Assembly: GCF_964355755.1 (NCBI RefSeq)
Contig: NC_092676.1
Span: 27,732,871 to 27,796,870, forward strand
Reading direction: 5' to 3'
DNA length: 64,000 nucleotides
Source: Antedon mediterranea
Taxonomy: Eukaryota; Animalia; Echinodermata
Numbering within the stretch: the first letter of the stretch is position 1; each line of letters starts with the position of its first letter. The position numbers were made by a program, and so were the translations under genes. Shown here piece after piece: positions 25,766 through 36,176 of this stretch. The notes under the pieces are model-generated. The model worked only from the letters and a program-made list of their open reading frames with translations. It did no database searches and was not told the DNA's origin.

Positions 25766-25878
25766 TCCATTTGTGATTGGTTAATTAGTCAATCGTAATC
25801 CATCTGTGATTGGCCAATTAGTCAATCGTAATCCATCTGTGATTGGCCAATTAGTCAATCGTAATCCATCTGTAATTG
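25766..25878. repeat. 33-bp tandem repeat x ~3.4 immediately after the SLC22 copy B stop codon
   Basis: Unit tccatctgtgattggccaattagtcaatcgtaa. Confidence 0.9.
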
Positions 25879-25879
25879 A

Positions 25880-28800
25880 TCAAATTACACCGTCCGCTGG
25901 CTTGTAAGTCGTATTAAGGGCATCCTCGGTCGCTTTTTCGTCGACTTCTCTGTTTCTTTTCCAGCATTTTAATGTTGATGAGTTATTCCTACAGATTGAA
26001 ATAATTATATTTTTATTACAATGTGAATAAACGTTGTGAAATCGAATATTATTGTAAAACACAAAAGTTGATAAATCATCATCATAAACACAATTTTCTT
26101 GCTACTTACTTGCCAAAGGTTTCTCCATCTTCGATACTTTCTGGAAGTTGAACATTCAACGTCTCCGGCAGCAAAAGGACCAGAACTCCGGCCGATACAG
26201 ACATCACACTAAACACAACGTATGGCAATGGCTTCCACAGACTACCAAAGTATAGTATTTGTGGCGCCATTATCCCACCAATTCGGGCAGCGACAGAACA
26301 GCAGCCTATCCCAACGCCCCTATATAAATGTAATGTTTGATTCTGAACTTTAGTTAGTTGTAACATTAGTATTTTATTTAATTTTCAACATATGAAAAGG
26401 AATAAATATTGAGTATTTAATTTTCCACATGAGGTATACAACTACATGGACATTGCTCTTTAGTGAACAAGTATTAAGGGTCTTTCACACCTGTTCCCGC
26501 ACGGTTCGGTCCCGCGCCGTCAAATCAAATAAAAAACGTAATTGTTTTGTTGCTATACTTGCTACTATCAAAGAACTTGCTTTGCTGCTATGCGCCAATC
26601 GATGTGCGCGTACAGTACGTAGCTGCGTACGTACGTGAAAACGAAACATTGACGTTCGATTTGATTTGCCGGCGCCGGACCGGAACAGGACGTGTGGAAG
26701 ACCATTTTCCAATACATGCTGACTCTGTTGTAATGCACTATTGTGAATTACCATCACACCCACCATCTGTTATTGATATTTGACAAAACATACATAATTC
26801 AATCTCTTAAAATGTGAGAATTAAATGGATATGCTTTTGTTTTAGTGTTGTGCATCACTGATTTTGAACACATCCCGACTGGTCTAGTTATGGTCACATG
26901 ATACAAGTGGAAAAACCAACTGTACATTTAGTTGACTTATTACTTATTTTGAAATTGTCCATCTATAAGTTGAAGATCATATCTATATTTATTTATTGGT
27001 AAAAAGTACCATTATTATCTGCTGAAACCTGGACAACATTTTAACTTCTGCACAGTACAAGGTTACTTGATAGTAGTTTCAAATTACTATTGCAGGATGG
27101 CTAGCAAGGATGTAAGTTTACTTGGAGATATAGATGAGAAAGTACTAGAATGTTCTATTTGTAATGGAAGGCTAGAAGACCCAAAATCACTTAGCTGCCT
27201 TCATAGTTTCTGCCTCAAATGTTTGGAGAAATGGGTTCAAACCAACAGTGGAAAGTTAACATGCCCTATTTGTCACAAAGAGTATCCCATTCCAGTAGGA
27301 GGGCTTCAAAAACTTGCACCAAATACATTTCTAAACAACCTCTTGGAAACCATCAAACAACATGAAGAGAAAGATGAGGCTAAAGGCACTGCCTCTCTGT
27401 GCGCCGCTCACGCTAAACCATTGAAAATGTATTGTACAAAATGTAAAGTACCAATATGCATAGAATGCACTGCAATGGAACATGCCGCAGGAGATGGAAA
27501 ACATGAACTAATTAACATTGTAACAGCATTTAATACATTTAAGGAAACATCAGAAGACTTAAAGAAAGCTGCATATGAATCGATACAAAAAATAGAAAAA
27601 GTACTCAAAGTAGTTACGAAGAATGCTAAAGAACTAGAAGAAAGTAAAGAGGCAAGTCTCACCAACATTGATAAGCAAGTTCGAGAATTGTTTCTAATAA
27701 TCCAGAAAAAAGCAGATGAAATGAAGAAAAAAGTTGAAGCAAATTATAACAATGAAAAGAAATTTAATGACTTACAAATTACAAATTTAAAAAAAAAATA
27801 TTCTGAATTGAATACAAACTTGAGTTCTTTAAATCAGTTACTAAAGAGTGAGCCAGCAACTGCTATGAAATCAAATGGGATTGTATTAAATAAAATGATG
27901 GATGAAATTATTAAATCTGAAGAAATCAGGCAAAAGGAAAGCAGCAAACAAATTAACTTTATCAGAAACCAACATTTAATTGATTTATTGAAAAAAAATG
28001 ACATTGGAAAAGTTGTATTCAAACCAATTCATATCAAAGGTAAGCCTAGAGGAGTAGCAAATTGTGATGATGATTGCTTGCTGGTTTCATTTTGGACAAA
28101 TGTAATTCACAAGTACAACCAATCAGGAGAATGTACAAGCAAGATTACACTACCAGTAGGTGTCATGGTTAACAGAATGTACAGAATGAAGAATAGCAAC
28201 ATAGCATTCAGTGATCTTGGTAATAGATGCATTCAAGTATGTGATATGAATGGTCATGTGATGAAATCCATTGGTAGAGGTGTATTTAAAACTCCAAATG
28301 GTATTCACACAAATGAGGCAACTAATGCTATATATGTAGCAGATTGGGGCATTGAATGTGTGTTTATGTTTGACATAATCAATGGTAGGTTGTTGAAGAA
28401 GATAGGATCACAAAAGGATTCAAATTATTATGGATACTCTGATGTTTCACTTACAAAAACTGGTAAAGTACTTGTAGCAGATAAAGGACAGCAACAGGTA
28501 TTACTGTATGATGACAAGGACAAGTCACTGAAAGTACTCATCAATGGAGGAGATGAAGATGGTAAGGTAATGTACCCATGGGATGTTGTAGTTGGTGAGG
28601 ATGACAACATCATAATAGCAAGTTGCAACAAACTACAACTATTCAGAAGTGATGGATATTTTATCAAAAGAATTGATCAAAGAAAAGATAGAATTAGGTC
28701 ACCAGATCAGTTATGTATCATTTCTCATAACCCATGTAAGGTTGCTTTAGCAAATCAGGGTAACAACACAATCAAAATGTTTAATTATTAAAGCAAGACT

Positions 28801-31800
28801 TTTCTCCTGTGTATATACATTAAATATATAGAGTATTTCATATATAAATTGAAATATTCAAGTTAATAAATGATAATAAGTGATTTGTTTATACACATTT
28901 GAGATGAATAAATAAAATGATTGGTAAAAAATTCATTCAGTTTGTTATGTTAGAGTGATAGTTCCTGATAACAGAAAATGTTACACGTGACTATTTTCAT
29001 TAAAGCATCACTATTGATTTGAAAACAGGAATGACTGTTAACCAATCAGATAACTTGATTGATTATGGGCAATAAAGGGTCTTTCACACCTGTTCCGCCT
29101 GCACAGTCAAATCGAACCTCAGTGTTTCGATTTCAAAACGCTCCACGGGACTACTATGCCATGCGCCAGTCGATGTGCGCGTACGTAGCCGCGTGAAAAC
29201 GAAACATTGACATTTGATTTGCCGGCGTCGGATCAGAATCGTATCAGAACAAGTGTGAAAGACCTTTTAAGCACGAGCTTACCTGACAGGCGTAGGAAAC
29301 TGCTCTGCGGCGAATATATAAATAATAGCAAACGAAGCGGTGATACAAAATTTACCAATCATCGCCACACTCATCAATGCTGGGCCTTTTTCTATAAAAA
29401 CAATTAAAAATTGTTAATAAATTGGCACAAACAGGAATGATACTTAAATTGACTCATGCAGACAATCTTAACTCCTAAATATTTAGATACTTTATTTAAA
29501 AAAACATACAAAAAGCCAAAGGTTGAAACAGTAATCTCACAAAGAGTACACAAGGGCTTATTATTGAAAACATTAACAACATTACTGAACATTAAACATT
29601 AGTAACAATAGGTGATTAAAAAATAAAGTACGATAGACTGGCTACAGTACCTCCTAAAAATATTCAGTATGAACAACACTGTGTAGCCTAGAGTAAAGCT
29701 ATACAATTATGCTCTTTATATCTCACCCAAAAATACCGTCGCGAAACATGCTAGGCCACCAACGATCATGACAAAACTGATTGTACGACCGCGCCCAAAT
29801 CTACTGGCAGTGAGCAGACAAAATACGACGGCGGGAAGTTCAACAGCACCGCTCACAAACATGGCCAGGTAATCGTTGACACCCATGTTACTGGTTCCAA
29901 GAGAAAGGCCGTAATACACAAGACTGTTTACCATCCTAAAGAGATCAGAAAAATGACAAGAATGACTAAAAATACAGAACAATGAAAGAAAGAAAGATCG
30001 ACCATTTTAGTATGTGTCACGTCATATTAGCCTAGATGCACTTACAATTTTGGCTTCACGTCACAGCTTTCGTTCTGCTTCACTTTATAATAAGTGAAAC
30101 TTTTACAAAAACAATTATAGGCCTATTTTATACTTTTTAATAGTAATTTAAAACCCGGAACCCTCCTTTAAACTCAAATAAATCGAAGTTAGGCTTTGAG
30201 ATTTAGTTTCCGTGACTTGTGATTGATAAACCTACTTGCATTGCGTTCAGTGAAACAAACAAAATGAACGAAACATAAAAGGGCACATTCAAGATTTCCA
30301 AAATGGTAGCACATTATATGATTACAACAATTTTAATTTGGTCGAATTAAAACAATATTTCGTTTGTACAAACCAATTGTAAAATAAATTCAGCGATTTC
30401 TTTCTTAAATTCGGTGTGCGAAAGAGATCAACAATTGTATGTCTTTTCATATCACCCTCTTCTTCAGATTTCATCTGTAAAAATACATAATGTACAGTAA
30501 TATGTACAGTAATATGTACAGTAATAATAATAATGTACAGTAATATAATGTACAGTAATAAAAATGTACAGTTATAATAATGTACAGTAATAATAAGGTG
30601 ATGAATTATGACGTAGAATTCAATGTGACGCAATTCGAATATGTTGTGATATGCAGAAGTCTGTGATATAGTGGCATGTAAAATGTTTGAAAGTCACGTG
30701 TCACTGACGAGGTCGTGTGATGACGTAATTTACTGTGAAGGAATAATGTATTTCAATAAGAATGCAACCTAAAAGAATATACGCCGTGTGAAAATATGGA
30801 TGTGTTCTTTCGTAGTATACTCTACCAAGACAATCTAACAACAGGTTGCTGAGCTCCGTGGATCAAAGGATTTATCTGTGGCTGCGACACGATAATTTTC
30901 AGACACCAGGCGGAGAATATGTACATACTGTAGTACAGTACTGAGGTATTTTGTCGCAGCCAGACATAAGATCAAATGACTGTTACGAGTTCCTATCTTG
31001 GTAAGGCGAGCTCAGAATCCTGTGATTAAATTGCCTTGACCCTACACATTTTCCTACCATAGTTTTCTCTAGCTCATCCGGGTCACTGAATTCTGATGGC
31101 AGTTCTCTTCCATTCCCTTTCGCCATCTTCTTCAGAATGTCTGTCGCTTCCTTATATCTCTTTTGCGTTATTAACCATCTGGGTGATTCTGGCACGAACC
31201 TGATGACATTTAAAGAAGAAAGAAGTTACGTCACAACTAAGTATTGACAGATTTGCACTATCATGTACTAAAGTTGTTGGAAATATATTTTTGCTTTTAG
31301 TATAACTAGATGAAGGTGCGTATTTTTACTAAACTTACGGAAAAATTATGAAAGTAAGAAGAATTGGAACCGATGAGACGAGTTGTAAGTTACGCCAAGA
31401 CCTGATGAGATAACTGAGAAGGGCCAACAGCATGTAGCCAATCGCAAAGAACATTTCTATCGTGATGCCGGTGAAGGTTCGTGGCTTAGGACCAACTATT
31501 TCTGTACCTATAAATAAAACCAAAATAAAATAATTAGGAATGTAGACTTACGTTGCGCATACGTACGTCATTGCTTTACGCACACATACGTCATCACGTT
31601 ACGGGTACGTACAGAGTTACGTTACGCTTACGTACATAGTTACCTTATGCGTACATATATATTTACTTTACGCGTACCTACATGATACGCGTACGTATAT
31701 AGTTAGGTTACGCGTACGTACATAGTTCCGTTACGCATACGTATATAGTTACGTTACGCGTACGTCTACAAGTAAAGTAAGTAAACTCACTTATAACAAA

Positions 31801-34800
31801 GGCCATAAGGTAAGTGCCCATACACGCTGCTCCAATACAGAACCGCATCAGGCAATAAAACCAGAAGTTTGGCGAAAATGAAGCAAGACTTCCGGTCAAT
31901 GTGGCCAATGACAAACAAATGAATAGAACTTTCTTTCTTCCGATACTGAAATACAACAATATCTATTAATGTATATATCTAAAAAATGCCGCCACAAATA
32001 GTTTATAATAATCATTGTCAAAATTGTCATCGTAGAACAAAGTGATACACTTGCACTTGCATCAACAGGCTTACTACCAGAGAACACATCTTGAAATAAT
32101 AATTAAACACTGATATCATTTATTTTCAAATTTAAAGTGTAGGTAGATAGGTACTTACTGATCAGCAAATGTCCCACATAAAATCGATCCCAACAAAACG
32201 CCTCCGAACATAACTGACGCAGCGGTAGCCGGTTTGTGAGAATCTTTGCACACCAAATTCCACTATACAAAATATAAATAAAATACTAACCAATTATTAT
32301 GGAGAAGTAAGGGGACATTTTCAGGACCAAATAAAGTGTCCCTTTATTAGAGGGTTGTCGTAATGTTAAAATATATATTGCCATTTTGTTCATGAGGAAA
32401 TGTGTTATAGGCCTATCAAACTCTGTCTACACTATTAAACCAGTTTCAAAAAAAGTATGATGCGCTCAAATACAGTAGTGATATGTCATCATCACGTCCA
32501 TATGGGCACATCACATCAAGTCGATAGTGTAGAAAGAAATGTACCTCTATCACCATACAGTAGCACCCACCCCTCCTTCGCGAAACCCCTATTAAAGAGA
32601 CACTTCCTCCGAAACGAAAGAGGGACAATATTGTTCACAATGACCAAATCCCCATTCAGGGGACAAGCTCAATTATAGATTACGTTGTATATGTCCCGAA
32701 GTGTCCATTTAATAGAGGTTCACTAAGCATTCATTTACAGTAGGTTAGACTGAGGATAAACATTGATTTGACATCTGACATCCAGTTGGCACTAAGCACG
32801 AAGAGACAAATTAAACATAATATCCGCCTCCTTATATTAACTTTATTAATTGCTTCCCCTCACAAATTACAAATATTATACGTAACGGATAGCAAGAAAT
32901 ATAATTAAAACACATTGTTTAGATTTGAGTCGGGAAATAATTAACGTCTAGTCATTAAAGTTTAAACTGGTAGGCCTACTTATTGTGACTCTTTCTATTT
33001 CCATGTGCCCCACCCCCACCACCCCAACGTGTATTGATTATAAACATGGGCGGAACTTATAGAGAAGTTCAAGTAGAAGGACATTTCGGGACCCAAGAAC
33101 GTGTCCCCCTAAGGTCCCCATATGCGGATCATAGGATCACAGAGCTGCACAAACAAAATAATAACAGTCTGTCAAAAATGTATAAGGTATAATGTTAATA
33201 ATAATGAATATGCAGCTATGTGTATTTTTGTCAGACTAGCGCATTGAGCAATTGTGATATATTAATTTATTACTTACAGTAATACTGTATTATTATTTTA
33301 TCTGTCAAAAGGGGTGGGGGGGGGGAAGCGCGACCCTTACCTCTCCCCTGTCCATACCGCCTATCTAATACAGAGGTTGACGCCACGCTCCTCTAGACCA
33401 CTGGTTAACTAATTATAATATACACATTGAATAGGCCTACAAGGATGATGGCGTCTGAACTTGTTCTCACGTTTGTCAGATGAACTTACATCGAATATGA
33501 TATTATTGTAGAACAAAATGTGTATCAGTGTTGTGATCAAAAGTTTTAATTTTGTCTGCATCGAATATGAATTAAAAGGGAATTACGGGTTAACACGATT
33601 TAAATTAATAATACGCGTAAGTAAGCAGTAAATTAAACATGATCTAACTGGATTAATCCAGAAAAAAAGTGTTTGTTACAAAATGTTGGGTTAGTTCCAT
33701 TGTGTTCACACCATTACATCCCTACATAAATGCATTTTCAATTTGTTTTCTCGTTTTAATTATAATTTTGCATTATCACTGTTAACTGGATATAGAAAAC
33801 ATGCATCTTCGACTGGACTAAACCAGAAATTGTTTTTGAAATCATTGATAATAATTTGTACTTCTCACTTCAACGCTTTTAAAATTAAGTTCACGTTTTG
33901 ATAACAATTAAAACTAATTTGTTCTGAACTAAAAAAGAACTTAAGCATGCGTTTCCGATTCAAATAAACTCTAGTGAACCTTTCGGAATACTACTATTAT
34001 AGAACTATATAGAACCACTCTTTTGGGACACCATTCTATTCTAGTAACATCCAATAGCAATGGGTTAACATTCCCATGAAGCGAACGCTGCAGAAAACCT
34101 ATCTATTGACATCAAGGGACACTTTTTTGGTACAGGTTTTAACGGAACGGGGTTGGTGGATATTAGCATAAAGTTGAAATATATGTTGTTATGTTATCAG
34201 GCTTTTAAATCGTGCGTCTTGAAGTTCATGTGACGGAAAATAATCTAGTAGCAATCCGGAACGGATGAGGATGCGGAAACAAATCAATGGATTCCTCCTC
34301 GTTTAACACGTCACTATATATTATACCGAACTAAAATATAGATATAGATCTTTTTAATCTTTTTCTGTTTAAAAAGTTTTATTTGTTTATTTCCACTGCT
34401 ATGCGTGCTAATTGCAGCATGTTGTTATTTGTTTTAGAAGTTGAATTTCATTGTTCTTCATTCAAACTGACGAAATAGGAGCACAGTGCAACAAACTTGA
34501 ATCTTAAGCTCTGTCACACTATCAAACTTGATGTGACAAAAACAAAATGTCATGTGCCCATATATGGACATGATGATGTCATATCACTACCATATTTGGG
34601 TATATCACTACCATATTTGGGTATATCACTACCATATTTAAGCACATCACACATTTTTTGTGTCAAACTATAGCTTTAGCAGAATTTGACTTTGAATTTG
34701 ACTTTGAGAAATGATTTAAAATAAGGATAACATTAAAATGTTATTTAATTTGGCCGGAAATCGACATATTAAGTTATAACGGTCCGATAACATTTCTGTT

Positions 34801-35865
34801 CAAGAAATCACTTCTTGCGTTGAATCATCAAATGATAGTACAGTATTTTGATTGACTTTTTTACCCTCACAAAAAATTGCGAATGAACTGTTAATGATGC
34901 AATATGGCCTTGGTATTCATGTATAATTTATATATATCAATTTGCAGGTTTATAGGCTATGGTATATGATTTTGTATAGCTTTTTGTAAATTTCTATCAC
35001 AGATTTAAGAATGATATTAGTTTAACATTAAGAACTATATCTGAATCGACAGTAGTAGGCCTATTGAAAATTAAACGTCGCATTCGCGTTTTCAAACTAT
35101 AATATGAACGAATTTGTTGTCCAAATCGACTACCCGTCGATTTGTAGAAAGCGTGTTTTTTGAAAAAAAAAATAGTTGTCCTAGGGGACACTTTCACGTG
35201 AAGCCTCAAGGGACACCTCTATTGCGGGATTTATAATTTGTTTCGATAGCAAAAACAACAAAGAAAGATATAATATTTCATAATGACTCCTGCTCAAAGT
35301 ATATTCATCGAAACGTCGAGAAACTCGACAGTTCATTTCAGAACTAAACATACGTGGTGTTGTACAGCAAACTTTATATCAAGATATCACTTAATATGAT
35401 ACTTTCTCTGCCTTGGGGGTTGGTTCTACAGCCGAATGTTATTCTAATGTAAAAATTAAAATGAAAACTTACTTCTTGTATTATAGTAGAGTGATACTGC
35501 GACGTGTCATACTTCCATCCAGTGGTACAGTCCACAACTGGCCAACTAGTATTATCAAACACATCGTCTTCACTCTCAAATTGATAACTCTTGCAATGCC
35601 GTTCTTGCTCATTCGTTTCGGTGTTATCTTTAACAATGAGCGAATTTGTAAGATTTTTACAGCCGTTTTCCGACAAGCCGTATTCAGTGCAGTTAAACGC
35701 GTCTATCACTGCATTTGTACACCAGTGATCTGTTTCGGCCGCAAGAAATACCTGGGCTAAGAAATGTATTCCGACTGGAATAGCCGTCAGTACTAATAAC
35801 GCGTAAGCTCTTTTTTGATATGCTCCAAACTCTCCAATCGATTTAAAAACATCATCGAACTTCAT
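25880..35865 (-). CDS. SLC22 family organic cation transporter-like protein (copy B), 10 exons, tandem paralogue of copy A
   Basis: Exons 35473-35865, 32159-32262, 31791-31945, 31339-31507, 31058-31199, 30374-30474, 29727-29935, 29283-29391, 26110-26319, 25880-25988; same intron positions and motifs as copy A. Confidence 0.92.
26477..26705. mobile_element. MITE family 3, left copy (PIF/Harbinger-like TIR agggtctttcacac)
   Basis: TIRs gggtctttcacac / gtgtggaagacc; body shared with 29076-29266. Confidence 0.75.
27097..28791 (+). CDS. TRIM-NHL-like E3 ubiquitin ligase (RING, B-box, coiled coil, NHL-type beta-propeller), single coding exon, nested antisense in an SLC22 intron
   Basis: Uninterrupted ~564-aa ORF from the ATG at 27097; RING CSIC...CLHSFCLKC...CPIC, B-box CAAH...CTKC...CIEC...EH, K/E-rich helical region, repeated P.G(V/I).....IYVAD-type blades; ttgcag acceptor just before the ATG; AATAAA signals near 28865-28915. 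Confidence 0.9.
   Translation: MASKDVSLLGDIDEKVLECSICNGRLEDPKSLSCLHSFCLKCLEKWVQTNSGKLTCPICHKEYPIPVGGLQKLAPNTFLNNLLETIKQHEEKDEAKGTASLCAAHAKPLKMYCTKCKVPICIECTAMEHAAGDGKHELINIVTAFNTFKETSEDLKKAAYESIQKIEKVLKVVTKNAKELEESKEASLTNIDKQVRELFLIIQKKADEMKKKVEANYNNEKKFNDLQITNLKKKYSELNTNLSSLNQLLKSEPATAMKSNGIVLNKMMDEIIKSEEIRQKESSKQINFIRNQHLIDLLKKNDIGKVVFKPIHIKGKPRGVANCDDDCLLVSFWTNVIHKYNQSGECTSKITLPVGVMVNRMYRMKNSNIAFSDLGNRCIQVCDMNGHVMKSIGRGVFKTPNGIHTNEATNAIYVADWGIECVFMFDIINGRLLKKIGSQKDSNYYGYSDVSLTKTGKVLVADKGQQQVLLYDDKDKSLKVLINGGDEDGKVMYPWDVVVGEDDNIIIASCNKLQLFRSDGYFIKRIDQRKDRIRSPDQLCIISHNPCKVALANQGNNTIKMFNY
29076..29266. mobile_element. MITE family 3, right copy, same orientation as the left copy
   Basis: agggtctttcacacctgttcc...atgcgcca.tcgatgtgcgcgtac...gtgaaaacgaaacattgac...atttgccggcg...gtgtgaaagacctt. 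Confidence 0.8.
30487..30595. repeat. Low-complexity (aatatgtacagt)n array
   Basis: Directly visible. Confidence 0.8.
31545..31768. repeat. CpG-rich (tacg/ttacgcgtac)-type low-complexity tract filling most of an SLC22-B intron
   Basis: Dozens of tacg/cgta units. Confidence 0.75.
32305..33125. mobile_element. Relics of a Tc1/pogo-like MITE (ggggacac...gtgtccc...atagaggtt); related pieces near 34010-34140, 35180-35225, 54095-54365 and 57990-58090
   Basis: Recurring cctctatt/aatagagg and gggaca/tgtccc motifs; highly degenerate. Confidence 0.4.
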
Positions 35866-36176
35866 TGTTTTCTGTTTCTTTGTACGATCAGAATGTTAGC
35901 CTAGTTTAGTTTGCTGTGCAGGGTATAGCCGTGTTGTTGTAAAGTTTAATGATAGTGAGATATCAATATTCTCTTATATATTTTGTTCCCACAATAATGT
36001 CAAAGGTCAACAGTGATTCCGTCATGAATATGCATTAACAAAACTTCTAACTCTTCCTTTGAATCACAACATTTATTTCGTAATCAAATTAAAACAAAAC
36101 ATCCTAAACTATAAAAACCGTCACAACTCAAAGTGGTTAATTTGAATCATTCTTAATACATTTCCTATTTTTCTTT

